DNA from: Alphaproteobacteria bacterium
Lineage (GTDB): Bacteria; Pseudomonadota; Alphaproteobacteria; Rs-D84
Length of the DNA stretch: 64,000 nucleotides
Reading direction: 5' to 3'
Assembly: GCA_017642585.1 (NCBI GenBank)
Contig: JAGCOR010000026.1
Location: 7,776 to 71,775, forward strand
Shown here: positions 1 through 10,313 of the stretch, in pieces
Layout: every line of letters begins with the position of its first letter
Position numbering within the stretch: the stretch's first letter is position 1
Made by a program: the position numbers and the translations under genes
The notes under the pieces: model-generated
The model's input: only the letters and a program-made list of their open reading frames with translations
What the model was told of the DNA's origin: nothing
The model's database searches: none

Positions 1-5
1 AAACA

Positions 6-440
6 TTGGGTGGTTTTGCCCTGGCCCGCGCTGATGCAATTAATACATTTGATATAAATTCTGTATCGGCATCTTTTTGGACCACTTTGTTTTCAACATA
101 TCAAACAAATCAAATTCAAACTGAATCCAGTAATTTATTATCTATAACGAATTCTGCGTTCATAGATTATGAATTTACATATACTCAAATGCCTTTGTTT
201 GTAAAAACTGTATTGGTATGTCAAACCGCCGAAGCGGGTTACAGCATAGATGACGAAGTGTCTGTATTTGGTGTGGGCGATTATTTGAACCCAGGCACAT
301 ACGATTATGTTTCAAATGGACATCTGCATTCCCGAATTTTTGTCGGCGAACAATCGTTTTGGGTATTCCATAAAACAGACGCAACCAAGACAAATATCAC
401 AAATTCAAACTGGAAAATAAAATTCACAGTTTATTATTGA
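6..440 (+). CDS. hypothetical protein, probably the C-terminal part of a gene that starts upstream of the window
   Basis: Open frame from the window edge to a stop at 440; no recognisable motif. Confidence 0.3.
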   Translation: MGGFALARADAINTFDINSVSASFWTTLFSTYQTNQIQTESSNLLSITNSAFIDYEFTYTQMPLFVKTVLVCQTAEAGYSIDDEVSVFGVGDYLNPGTYDYVSNGHLHSRIFVGEQSFWVFHKTDATKTNITNSNWKIKFTVYY

Positions 441-509
441 AACAAATAAAATCATTTGCTATTCTTGGGCGGTAAAAAAGGAATTTTATTTAACAAAAAA
501 GGATAGAAA

Positions 510-1760
510 ATGTATATACTTGCTTTGAACTGTGGTTCTTCATCATTGAAATACCAGGTTTTTGATGCCGACACAAAAAAAGTAATTGTTGGCGGAAATG
601 TTGAAAAAATCGGTTCTCCTGATTCTTTCTTGACCCAAAAATATCCAGACGGTCACAAAGATAAAAAAGTTACTGAAATGAAAAACCACAACGAAGCATT
701 AAATGTTGTTTTGTTTATGTTGCGTGAAGCATCTGTGGACATGAACGAAATCGGCGGTGTTGGACATCGTGTCGTTATGGGCGGTTCCAAATTCGCATCT
801 TCCGTTGAAATCAATGACGAAGTTATGCGTGCAATCGCAGAATGGAAAGATTTGATGCCTTTGCATATTCCTGCATCCCTGATGGGCATCGAAAGTGCAC
901 GTCAAACATTGCCAAATGCTAAACAGGTTGCTGTGTTTGATACTGCGTTCTTGCAAACAATGCCTGAATGTTCATATCGTTATGCAATTCCAGAAGCATG
1001 GTATAAAAACCTGGGGGTTCGCCGTTATGGGTTCCACGGAACATCTCATTTATATGTTTCTAAACGTGCAGCCGCAATGTTGGGCAAACCTGCAGATCAA
1101 TGCAATTTGATTACTATGCATATTGGTTCTGGGGCTTCCGGTGTTGCAATTAAAAATGGTATCGCAGTTGATACCACATTGGGTATGACACCAACCGCTG
1201 GTTTGGTTATGGGAACACGTCCAGGCGATGTTGATGCCGCTGCATTATTTTACGTGATGGAAAAATTGAAATTAACACCTGAACAAATGACAAAACATTT
1301 GAACAAAGATTCAGGTTTAATGGGTATTACAAAATGTTTTGCTGACCGTCGTGATGTCGAAGAAAATCGTGAATCAAACCCAGATTGCCAATTGGCAATC
1401 AATATCGAAACACACAATGTTAAAAAATATTTGGGTGCTTTCGCATTTGAATTGGGTCATGTTGATGCAATCGTATTCACAGCAGGTGTTGGTGAAAATG
1501 ATGCATATTTGCGTGAACAATTCTGTTCAGGGTTGGAAGAATTTGGCATCAAATTGGACAAAGAAGCCAATGCAAATGCTCTGGCCCGCAAAGGTGTTGA
1601 CGAAGCGGTTATCAGCACACCTGATTCAAAAATCAAGATTTTGATGGTTGCTACAAATGAAGAATTGGTTATTGTCGAAGATACTTTGGCAATTATGAAT
1701 GGAACATACGATCCAAATCATTTGAAAATGAATTATTCATTTGCTCAAAAAACCAGATAA
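510..1760 (+). CDS. ackA: acetate kinase
   Basis: N-terminal LALNCGSSSLKYQVF acetate/propionate kinase signature; 416 aa; end-to-end family architecture. Confidence 0.9.
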   Translation: MYILALNCGSSSLKYQVFDADTKKVIVGGNVEKIGSPDSFLTQKYPDGHKDKKVTEMKNHNEALNVVLFMLREASVDMNEIGGVGHRVVMGGSKFASSVEINDEVMRAIAEWKDLMPLHIPASLMGIESARQTLPNAKQVAVFDTAFLQTMPECSYRYAIPEAWYKNLGVRRYGFHGTSHLYVSKRAAAMLGKPADQCNLITMHIGSGASGVAIKNGIAVDTTLGMTPTAGLVMGTRPGDVDAAALFYVMEKLKLTPEQMTKHLNKDSGLMGITKCFADRRDVEENRESNPDCQLAINIETHNVKKYLGAFAFELGHVDAIVFTAGVGENDAYLREQFCSGLEEFGIKLDKEANANALARKGVDEAVISTPDSKIKILMVATNEELVIVEDTLAIMNGTYDPNHLKMNYSFAQKTR

Positions 1761-1781
1761 ATTGCGATTTTTATCGTATAA

Positions 1782-1810
1782 GACCGGCGGGGGTTCCCGT
1801 CGGTTTTTTT
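1782..1810 (+). terminator. rho-independent terminator after ackA
   Basis: GC hairpin ACCGGCGGG...CCGTCGGT followed by a T7 run. Confidence 0.5.
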
Positions 1811-1811
1811 A

Positions 1812-3908
1812 TTGAATAAAATGTATAAAATTTGCTACATTTATAATATGAACAAAGAATTGGCAGATTTTTTTAATACAGACCTACAATTCATCCATGG
1901 TGTGGGACCCGTATTGGCGGCAAAATTCAATGATGTTTTGGGTGGTCGTCGGGTTCTTGATTTTCTGTTACATGTACCCTCTTATGTTCGACCACGCGAT
2001 ATCTTGGATTCCATTATGATGGCACAAAATGGCGATACTGTTACAATTTCCGTAATGGTAAAATCGCATAAATCTGGTGGTGTATTCAAAGGGCGCCGTC
2101 GCCCGACACAAATTATGTGTGTTGATAAATTTGCAGCACCTTTAACTATTCAATTTTTCAATGTTAAATTCTTGGATTATTGGACTGAAAAATTGCCAGT
2201 TGGTCAATGGAGAATTGTCAGTGGTAAAATAGATTTTAATGGTAACAAAGGCGCGGTTATAAATCATCCTGAATTCATAGAATTACCTGAAAACGCATCC
2301 AAGATACCAACGCACCAGGCGATTTATCCATCCGGCGAAGGGTTAACACAAAAAACTTTTTCAAATGTTCGCGACCAGATTTTTAATATATTGCATGAAC
2401 GCGTAATATCTCATATAACAGATGACAGAATGTTGGAATTTTTGGACACTTTGGAACACGTTCATTTTCCAGAAACCAATGAAGATTTGGCACCAAATGG
2501 CAAATACATTCCAAAATTGGCTTATTGTGAATTGTTGGCACATCAAAGTGCGATTGCTATCAACAAACGCGCCAGAATCGAACAAAAAAATAAAAGAGTT
2601 GTTCGTGCGAAGAAACACGATTTGATTGATAAATTCTATGACATTTTGCCTTTTGCTTTGACCAACGCCCAGCAAAGAACTATTGATGAAATATTCGCAG
2701 ATTTTAATAAACCTGCTCCTATGATGAGATTGGTACAAGGTGATGTGGGATCTGGGAAAACTATGGTTGCAATGGCTGCTGCTGTCAAGATGGCTGAAAC
2801 GGGTGCGCAAACTGTATTGCTGGCCCCAACTGACACTTTGGCCCAACAACATTTTGCAAAATTACAACCTATGTGTGATAAATTGGGTTTGGTTTGTGAA
2901 ATATTGACTGGTCGTGACAAAGGTGTGCCACGGCGCGAAAAATTGATTTCATTAAAATCAGGCAGAACAAAAATAGCCGTTGGAACACATGCCTTGTTTT
3001 CAGAAGATGTCGAATACAAAGATTTGGGTTTGGTTATCATTGACGAACAACACAGATTTGGTGTTGTGCAAAGAACCGCCATGTGTGCCAAAGGAAACAA
3101 TCCTGATATGTTGGCGCTGTCTGCGACACCTATTCCACGAACATTATCTATGACGGTTTATGGCGATATGGATATATCTATCATAGATGAAAAACCGGCG
3201 GGTCGTATTCCAATCAAAACAACTAAATTGCCGATTGCACGAACCGATGCTTTGATTGCCAGAATCAGCGCCCAGGTTCAAAATGGGGCAAAGGTTTTCT
3301 GGGTTTGTCCTTTGGTCGAAGAATCTGAAATTTCAGATATGACCGCCGCCCAATCCAGATATGAAGAATTAAAAAAGCATTTTGCTGGCACTGGTTTGTG
3401 TCATGGGCAAATGGATAAAAAGATGCGCGACAAAGTTATGGATGAATTTGCAGATGTAAATTCCAACATGCGCGTTTTGGTTTCCACTACGGTTATAGAG
3501 GTTGGAATTGACGTTCCGTCCGCCACAATTATGGTTATTGAAAATGCAGAAAGATTTGGACTGGCCGCATTGCACCAATTACGCGGTCGTGTTGGTCGTG
3601 GGAACAGTCAATCTTATTGCATATTGTTATACGGAAACAACGTCAGTCCCGACGGATTAAAACGATTGGATGTATTATGCGAAACAGATGACGGGTTCGT
3701 TATCGCTGAACAAGATGCAATGATGCGTGGCGCTGGCGAATTATTGGGCACGCGTCAAAGCGGTTGGATACAATATCATTTTGTTGATTATCGTGAACAC
3801 AGGGATTTATTCAAATTGGCTCAAAATGCTGTTTTGAATAATAATGATGAAATGTGGTCTGCTAATTTAAGACAGATTTTTGATTGTTCGACTGTCGCGG
3901 GGGCATAA
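1812..3908 (+). CDS. recG: ATP-dependent DNA helicase RecG
   Basis: Walker A GDVGSGKT, DEQHRFGV motif and SF2 helicase C-terminal motifs (QLRGRVGRG); start may be an internal Met such as 1848. Confidence 0.9.
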   Translation: MNKMYKICYIYNMNKELADFFNTDLQFIHGVGPVLAAKFNDVLGGRRVLDFLLHVPSYVRPRDILDSIMMAQNGDTVTISVMVKSHKSGGVFKGRRRPTQIMCVDKFAAPLTIQFFNVKFLDYWTEKLPVGQWRIVSGKIDFNGNKGAVINHPEFIELPENASKIPTHQAIYPSGEGLTQKTFSNVRDQIFNILHERVISHITDDRMLEFLDTLEHVHFPETNEDLAPNGKYIPKLAYCELLAHQSAIAINKRARIEQKNKRVVRAKKHDLIDKFYDILPFALTNAQQRTIDEIFADFNKPAPMMRLVQGDVGSGKTMVAMAAAVKMAETGAQTVLLAPTDTLAQQHFAKLQPMCDKLGLVCEILTGRDKGVPRREKLISLKSGRTKIAVGTHALFSEDVEYKDLGLVIIDEQHRFGVVQRTAMCAKGNNPDMLALSATPIPRTLSMTVYGDMDISIIDEKPAGRIPIKTTKLPIARTDALIARISAQVQNGAKVFWVCPLVEESEISDMTAAQSRYEELKKHFAGTGLCHGQMDKKMRDKVMDEFADVNSNMRVLVSTTVIEVGIDVPSATIMVIENAERFGLAALHQLRGRVGRGNSQSYCILLYGNNVSPDGLKRLDVLCETDDGFVIAEQDAMMRGAGELLGTRQSGWIQYHFVDYREHRDLFKLAQNAVLNNNDEMWSANLRQIFDCSTVAGA

Positions 3909-5206
3909 TGAAAAAGATATTATTATTTTTGTTTGCTTGTTTGGTAACTATCAATGCAACCGCGGCGACATTGATAAACGATACAGAAATTGAATCTGGC
4001 ATTGTTAAAATCATAGAACCTGTGGTACGTGCCGCAGACATAGACACATCCAGATTGAAAATATATATTGTTCGTGATGATGATTTTAATGCATTTGTTC
4101 GTGGTGGCGAAGATATTTACATTTATACTGGTTTATTAAAAAAGATTAAAACACCAAATGCTTTGCGCGCCGTTGTTGCACACGAATTGGGGCACACTAT
4201 TGGTGGCCATATGGTTCAAATAGCGGACAGACAGCGCGCTGAAATGATGCGCACCATGCTTATCCAAGCATTGGGGGTTGGTTTAATGGTTGCAGGTGGC
4301 AATCCAACTGCAGGCATGGGTGTTTTGGCAGGATCGGCAGGTATTGCCCAACAATCTATGTTATCTTTCACACGCGACGAAGAACGCATAGCGGACGATT
4401 TCGCAGTTGATTTAATGGTCAAAGCGAACGAAAACCCAAATGGTTTAATTGAAGTTTTTGAACAAATGCGTGAAATGAATGATGCATTTGAAACACGTAT
4501 CAATCCAAATCGTATAAATCACCCGTTAACCAGTGAACGTTTGAATAATGCAAAGAATAAAATCAAAGGGTTATCAAAAACACCTAAGAAATCTAAAAAA
4601 GAAACCGAGACAGAAAACGCAAATTATGATATTCTGCGCGCTAAATTGATTGGGTATTTAGATAACAAACAAAATGTGTTAACTGTTTATCCATATAAAA
4701 ATAAATCAGATGCAGCCATCTATGCACGCGCAATCGCAAATATGCAGGCCGGCAATTTGGATGTTGCAAAAACGGGCACCCAAACATTAATTGGTCGCCA
4801 CCCTGATAATCCCTATTTTTATGAATTATATGGCGATATAGAATTTCAATACGGACATTATGATGACAGCATCATGGCATATGAAAAAAGTTTAACATTA
4901 TCCAATAATGCGCCACAAATCGAAACGGCTTTGGCTTTGGTTTTAAGCGAACGCAACAAACCGGATGATAAATCACGCGCCACAGAATTATGTAAACATG
5001 TTATTTTAATTGACCCCAGCCCATTGGCATATTGGATATTGGCACGCGTAACTGAAAACGGGGAATCAGATTGGGCTATGGCTGAATTCTATAAAATGAA
5101 CGGGGACAATGAAAACGCAAAAAAATATGCTAAATTGGCCCAGAAAAAATCTAAATCAAATTCTCCCGAATATATCAAGGCCGGGGATATATTAAAAAAT
5201 AAATAG
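3908..5206 (+). CDS. M48 family periplasmic metalloprotease with C-terminal TPR region (BepA/YfgC-like)
   Basis: Signal peptide MKKILLFLFACLV; HELGH zinc motif (VVAHELGHTIGGH); C-terminal TPR-like repeats; ATG overlaps the recG stop (taATG). Confidence 0.75.
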   Translation: MKKILLFLFACLVTINATAATLINDTEIESGIVKIIEPVVRAADIDTSRLKIYIVRDDDFNAFVRGGEDIYIYTGLLKKIKTPNALRAVVAHELGHTIGGHMVQIADRQRAEMMRTMLIQALGVGLMVAGGNPTAGMGVLAGSAGIAQQSMLSFTRDEERIADDFAVDLMVKANENPNGLIEVFEQMREMNDAFETRINPNRINHPLTSERLNNAKNKIKGLSKTPKKSKKETETENANYDILRAKLIGYLDNKQNVLTVYPYKNKSDAAIYARAIANMQAGNLDVAKTGTQTLIGRHPDNPYFYELYGDIEFQYGHYDDSIMAYEKSLTLSNNAPQIETALALVLSERNKPDDKSRATELCKHVILIDPSPLAYWILARVTENGESDWAMAEFYKMNGDNENAKKYAKLAQKKSKSNSPEYIKAGDILKNK

Positions 5207-5218
5207 AAAGGACAAATC

Positions 5219-5782
5219 ATGAATATTGTATTTTGCCATGGTGTAATGGGACCAGAAGATAATTGGGAAACCCGTGAATTCAGGGAAATAAAGGGATGGA
5301 AAGATTGGCTGCAATTCCAAGTTGAAAAAGACCATGATGTTTTGATGCAAATACCCCGCTTTCCACATGCGCACGCTTTGTTGATGAAATATGATGAATG
5401 GGAAAAAATCATGGATAAACAAGATATAAACCCATATACAACGTTAATTGGGCATTCTGCAGGTGGTGGATTTATCTTGAAATATATGGCAAAACATCCA
5501 CATTTACATGTAAAACAAATCATTTTGGTTGCGCCATGGGCAGATGCAGAAGATTTTCAACCCTTTGGTTTTTATCAAGATTTTAATTTGGATAACGATA
5601 TAGTCAAACAAACTGATTTTGGGTGTGATTTGCTGATATCTGATGACGATATGCCCCACATATTGACCAGTTTTGACAAGATTATGAAACATATCCCTGG
5701 TATCAGGGTTCATAAATTTTCTGGTCGTGGACATTTCTTGGACTCTGAATTTCCAGAATTATTACAGATGATAAAAATTTAG
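5219..5782 (+). CDS. alpha/beta hydrolase (RBBP9/YdeN-like serine hydrolase)
   Basis: GHSAGG nucleophile elbow; ~190 aa, the size typical of this family. Confidence 0.55.
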   Translation: MNIVFCHGVMGPEDNWETREFREIKGWKDWLQFQVEKDHDVLMQIPRFPHAHALLMKYDEWEKIMDKQDINPYTTLIGHSAGGGFILKYMAKHPHLHVKQIILVAPWADAEDFQPFGFYQDFNLDNDIVKQTDFGCDLLISDDDMPHILTSFDKIMKHIPGIRVHKFSGRGHFLDSEFPELLQMIKI

Positions 5783-5868
5783 ACAAAATGTCAAATTTAT
5801 AAAAAAATTTGTATTTTGTGTGTTTTTTGTTATAATATATACATATAAACATAACAAAAGGAAGAAAT

Positions 5869-6579
5869 ATGTCTATAATAGGAAACGCCATTTTACAGGC
5901 ACAATTAAGAGTCCAAGCGAGACGTTTGAAAAGAGCTAAAGACCGTGGTGACGTAGCTTTGGAAAAGAAATTGGAAGAAAGATACGCCAGACGTAAGCCA
6001 GCTCAAGACGCCTATATTGAATTTCAAAAACGTTTAGAAGATGCTTTGTCAGCACACAGCCGCGACAAAAAGAAAGTTGAAATGGACGGTGACAAAAACA
6101 AAGTTAAACACAAGGCAGGTGTTGAAATCAAAGCGATTCAGTCCTTGGGTTACGCTCTTGCTACACCTTTCAGAAAATTTAAAGAAGATATTAAAAACTA
6201 TAAAAACGATAAAGAACCAGTTGCTGCTATTTGTGACCTTATCAACCAGGCAAAAGAAATCAAAGACGTTACAAATAAATCTACTAAATCCAGAGTTACA
6301 AAAGGTATCAAAGGTGATATCAAAGAAGCACAAAGAATTAAACCAGGACTTTATTTGGTAGAATATGTCGATGAAAACCACAAAGAAGCAACTGCTTTGG
6401 TTCACTATTCAAAAGCTGGTGTTGAAGTTGTTGCAACAGTATATTCTATCATCGGCAGAAAACGTATCAAAGCTGCTGTTAACAACGTCAAAGAACGCAA
6501 TGACAGAATTGAAAAATCCAAAACAAATCCAGACTTGGCAAAAATATACAGGTTCATGGATGGAAAAACGCGAAAATGA
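5869..6579 (+). CDS. hypothetical lysine-rich protein
   Basis: 236 aa ORF, K/E-rich, no known motif; terminator immediately downstream. Confidence 0.4.
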   Translation: MSIIGNAILQAQLRVQARRLKRAKDRGDVALEKKLEERYARRKPAQDAYIEFQKRLEDALSAHSRDKKKVEMDGDKNKVKHKAGVEIKAIQSLGYALATPFRKFKEDIKNYKNDKEPVAAICDLINQAKEIKDVTNKSTKSRVTKGIKGDIKEAQRIKPGLYLVEYVDENHKEATALVHYSKAGVEVVATVYSIIGRKRIKAAVNNVKERNDRIEKSKTNPDLAKIYRFMDGKTRK

Positions 6580-6600
6580 CGTTTAAATATTAAATCTTTG

Positions 6601-6633
6601 CACCCCAATCTAAATGTTTGGGGTGTTTTTTTT
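6601..6633 (+). terminator. rho-independent terminator
   Basis: CACCCCAA...TTGGGGTG hairpin plus T8. Confidence 0.5.
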
Positions 6634-6707
6634 GCACTATGTTTTTATTGACATATTTATTATTTGTGTTATGCTATACGTAACAAGACAAACCAAAAGG
6701 AAATGAT

Positions 6708-7130
6708 ATGGATTTTGTAGAAATTGCTAAACCAGGACACCTTGGATACAGCGAAGATATTATCCAAGAATCTAATACATTATTGAACGAAAATGATGGT
6801 TATATCGTCATAGATGAAGTGAACGATGGTTATATTATATATTCAGAAAAACCAGAGAAAGATGCAAAATCTGTTAAAAAGGGTAAAAAAGCCAAAAGAA
6901 CACCTTTGAAAGAATTGTTCAAATTACAATTGTATATGGAAGGTCTGGGGGATCATGCTGAATATATCATTATGGACAAATTAGCCTATCCTATCGTAGG
7001 AAAAGAAGCAGATAAATTGTTGGTCAGAGTTGAAACTTTGTTGTCTCATCAAAAAGCAAAAGAAAACTTTAAGAAAGTTCAAAACACAAAACAAGCAAAG
7101 ATACAATCAACCAAACTTAGAGCTTGGTAA
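6708..7130 (+). CDS. hypothetical protein
   Basis: 140 aa ORF preceded by AAAGGAAATG Shine-Dalgarno and followed by a terminator. Confidence 0.4.
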   Translation: MDFVEIAKPGHLGYSEDIIQESNTLLNENDGYIVIDEVNDGYIIYSEKPEKDAKSVKKGKKAKRTPLKELFKLQLYMEGLGDHAEYIIMDKLAYPIVGKEADKLLVRVETLLSHQKAKENFKKVQNTKQAKIQSTKLRAW

Positions 7131-7140
7131 TAACAACAAT

Positions 7141-7170
7141 AAAAAAACCGCCAATTCGGCGGTTTTTTAT
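7141..7170. terminator. bidirectional rho-independent terminator between convergent genes
   Basis: AAAAAAACCGCCAATTCGGCGGTTTTTTAT: a perfect hairpin flanked by an A-run and a T-run. Confidence 0.6.
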
Positions 7171-7176
7171 TTGATT

Positions 7177-8976
7177 TTATCCAACCAATTTCTTCCACAA
7201 AGATTTTTTAGCCTGTGGTTTCTTAAATGGTTTACGATGACGTGATGCAGTCGATGTGATGCGTTTTGCCTCAACATGTTGGGCATTTTTCTTTTTCACA
7301 TCGGTTGATGGCTGGAAAGCTTCCAATACATCATCGGTTTTAACGTTTTCCGCTGCAACGCGTTGAATTGAATATTGGTCTATGTTCATCAAACTGTCAT
7401 CACCAACGATAACAATTTCTGTTCCAAATTCTTTTTCCATAGATGCCAATTCAGCACGTTTTTGATTCAACAGATAAATCGCAACATCACTTGGAACCGT
7501 CATAATGATTTTCTGGGCAGGTTTTGCCAACAGTTTTTCCTGTAAATGACGGAACAATATAATGGATGCAGTTTGAATACTTGGAACGACACCTGCCCCC
7601 ATACAGTGTGGACATACGACATACGAAGATTCAATAAAGCTGCTGCGCAATCTTTGACGAGACAACATCAAAACACCAAATGCATTGATTTTTGCAACCT
7701 GGGTTCTGGCGCGGTCGTGTTTCATAACTTCGCGCATTTTTTGTTCCAATTTACGATTATTCTTTTCATCTTCCATATCGATAAAATCAATCGCAACGAT
7801 ACCAGCCAAATCACGCAAACGTAATTGCAAAGCGATTTCTTCTGCCGCTTCCAAATTTGTATTCAATGCGGTTTGTTCGATATCTTTTTCTTTTATCGCA
7901 CGGGATGAATTAACGTCGATTGTAACCATAGCTTCTGTTTGGTTAATAACAATAGAACCACCAGATGGCAAAGTTACATATGGACCATGTAAACCTTCCA
8001 ATTGTTTTTCAATGCCTGCTTTGGTCATCAAAGGTACAGCCGCATCTTTGTATTGCACCAATTGTTTACGTGGTGCGCGACCATACATTTGTTGAAAATA
8101 AGATTTAGCTTCATTGAAAACTTCATCACCTTGGACATACATCACATCGTCTTTATCTGCGATAAAATCACGAACAACACGACGCAATAATGAATCTTCG
8201 GTGTGAATTGTTACAGGCGCAACAGATTCCAAAGTTGTTTTACGAATATCATTCCACAGGGACGTCAAATAATCGTAATCTTTTGTGATTTCTTCCGCTT
8301 TGGCATCCATAGCCGCAGTTCTTAAAACCACTGTCATACCCTTTGGTATTTTCAAAGTGTGCAATATTTCACGCAATCTGGCACGTTCCGCTTTGTCAGA
8401 TATTTTCTTTGAAACACCGTAACTGTTACGTTTTCTGGAATTAGGCATCAACACAGCAAAACGACCCGCCAATGACAAATAAGTTGTCATAGACGCACCC
8501 TTTTGACCGCGTTCTTCTTTGACACCTTGGATTAACAAAATTTGTTTTGGTTTGATAACATCTTGGATTTTGAATTCGTGAGCACGTTTCAAAAATTCTT
8601 TATTATCTTCACCGGCACTGCGATCATCGTATTCTGCGACTTCGTCTTCTTCATCATTCGGATCATCGTCATCATCAACGATATTGGCATGAGCCAATTC
8701 AATCAATTTTTTCTTTTGTTCAGGTGTAACCTGGTAATAATCTGGATGAATTTCAGAAAACGGCAGAAATCCGTTTTTCCCAGTTCCATAATCTACAAAA
8801 GCTGCCTGAAGTGACGGTTCAACACGAATAACCTTGGCCAGATAAATGTTCCCTTTTATCTGCGGTTTTGTTGTTGTTTCTACGTCAAAATCAGACACTC
8901 GGCTTGTGGCGGCGTCCACCACCACCACCCGGGTCTCTTCTGGATGGACCCCATCTACATATATCTTTTTTGACAT
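7177..8976 (-). CDS. rne: ribonuclease E (catalytic half only, with an acidic S1-region insertion)
   Basis: N-terminal MSKKIYVDGVHPEETRVVVVD..FVDYGTGKNGFLPFSE RNase E/G signature; acidic DDDDDPNDEEDE insertion of the kind reported in alphaproteobacterial RNase E (recalled, not verified); 599 aa without the long scaffold tail. Confidence 0.9.
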   Translation of the reverse strand: MSKKIYVDGVHPEETRVVVVDAATSRVSDFDVETTTKPQIKGNIYLAKVIRVEPSLQAAFVDYGTGKNGFLPFSEIHPDYYQVTPEQKKKLIELAHANIVDDDDDPNDEEDEVAEYDDRSAGEDNKEFLKRAHEFKIQDVIKPKQILLIQGVKEERGQKGASMTTYLSLAGRFAVLMPNSRKRNSYGVSKKISDKAERARLREILHTLKIPKGMTVVLRTAAMDAKAEEITKDYDYLTSLWNDIRKTTLESVAPVTIHTEDSLLRRVVRDFIADKDDVMYVQGDEVFNEAKSYFQQMYGRAPRKQLVQYKDAAVPLMTKAGIEKQLEGLHGPYVTLPSGGSIVINQTEAMVTIDVNSSRAIKEKDIEQTALNTNLEAAEEIALQLRLRDLAGIVAIDFIDMEDEKNNRKLEQKMREVMKHDRARTQVAKINAFGVLMLSRQRLRSSFIESSYVVCPHCMGAGVVPSIQTASIILFRHLQEKLLAKPAQKIIMTVPSDVAIYLLNQKRAELASMEKEFGTEIVIVGDDSLMNIDQYSIQRVAAENVKTDDVLEAFQPSTDVKKKNAQHVEAKRITSTASRHRKPFKKPQAKKSLWKKLVG

Positions 8977-9199
8977 TTAATAATCCTTTTACGTTATGGG
9001 TGTACGAAATGGACATGACACGTTCCCATGGGGCATCCACGCCCATGCCAAGGATGCATGCAATGGTAACCAACAGCACGACTCGCATCATAGTAAAAAG
9101 TGATAACACAAACACTATATTACCCCATCTTATACAACTTGTATAAGATAACAGATGCAATATATAAAGGCAAGTTTTTTTATTTTTGGAAAATAAATT

Positions 9200-10192
9200 T
9201 TATTGGGCTGATAATTTTTTCTGTTTGGCTTCTTCTAACCAACGTCTCATTCTGGCACCCAACCAATGTTCGTATATAAAGAACAAGCCACCCAAACCAA
9301 TCAAAGGCAATACATAATAAATAATTCTGTATGCCAATAAAGCACCGAATATGCTGGCTTTATCCACACTGTCCGGCAAAGCGACCATAAACACAGATTC
9401 AAACACACCTATGCCACCTGGGACCTGGCTGAAAGTACCCGCCGCCATAGCGATTACATACAGCCCGATAAACACAACAAAAGGCATATCTATGTATGAA
9501 TGAATACAAAAATACAGAACCAACCCCGCACAAACACCATCTGCAATACCCAAAATAGTTTGAATTAACGCGGTTCCAAATGAAGGTATTTTGAATTTCA
9601 TTGTTGACCCAATATGAATATTTTTATCACAGAACATCACTGTCAATGCATAATAAGCCAACAACATAGATAAACAAACTATGAACAAAGTGTTCAATCC
9701 TAATGAAGCACCCGCAGATTGAGCCAAAACATCACTGGGGACTAAAAAATACCCAACTATCGCGATTGCGGCATACCCAAGGAAGAAAGTAAAGCCAGAA
9801 AAAGTCAACATTTTAATAATATCTGCCGCTGGCACACGCCAACGTGTATATAAACGGTAACGAATTGCCCCACCACTGACCAGGGCATTACCAGCATTAT
9901 TACTGATTGCAAAACCCAACATACCGGCCAACATCCATTTCCACCAAGAAACTTTGCGACCAACATAATCAAGGGCCAAAAAATCATACAAAGACAAAGC
10001 CAGATATCCAGCCAAACAGGCAAAACAAGCAAAAACCAAATTTATAAATGGGATATTCCACAAAGCACGTGCAATATCCATCAAAGAATAATTTCTTAAT
10101 TGCCAATACAGCATTCCTGCAGCCAGCACAAAGAATAAAATCCCAGCAAAACTGACCAGTTTCTTAAATATGCGTTTAGTTCTAACAGACAT
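9200..10192 (-). CDS. lysylphosphatidylglycerol-synthase-TM-like / flippase-like membrane protein (UPF0104)
   Basis: 330 aa polytopic membrane protein; pattern resembles the LPG_synthase_TM family. Confidence 0.5.
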   Translation of the reverse strand: MSVRTKRIFKKLVSFAGILFFVLAAGMLYWQLRNYSLMDIARALWNIPFINLVFACFACLAGYLALSLYDFLALDYVGRKVSWWKWMLAGMLGFAISNNAGNALVSGGAIRYRLYTRWRVPAADIIKMLTFSGFTFFLGYAAIAIVGYFLVPSDVLAQSAGASLGLNTLFIVCLSMLLAYYALTVMFCDKNIHIGSTMKFKIPSFGTALIQTILGIADGVCAGLVLYFCIHSYIDMPFVVFIGLYVIAMAAGTFSQVPGGIGVFESVFMVALPDSVDKASIFGALLAYRIIYYVLPLIGLGGLFFIYEHWLGARMRRWLEEAKQKKLSAQ

Positions 10193-10313
10193 ACCTTTTC
10201 TCTTATGGGGGAAATCATAGCAACATACGAAATAAAAATCAAATCAAATAAATTACTGTTTGGTTTTACACTGTTTTTATGATAAAATATACACAAAACA
10301 AAGGAGAGTTGTA

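Noticed and set aside
653-1644. Antisense and alternate-frame ORFs inside ackA (and similar ones inside recG, rne, ligA, priA, the ABC transporter and PBP throughout the window)
   Set aside because: They are fully nested within long, well-supported genes with strong family signatures, and have no RBS. This is typical for AT-rich genomes.
8868-9160. Overlapping 89-92 aa ORFs on both strands in the rne leader
   Set aside because: They are mutually overlapping, have no RBS, include a GC-rich stretch that is rne N-terminal coding sequence read out of frame, and occupy a region expected to be the structured 5' UTR.
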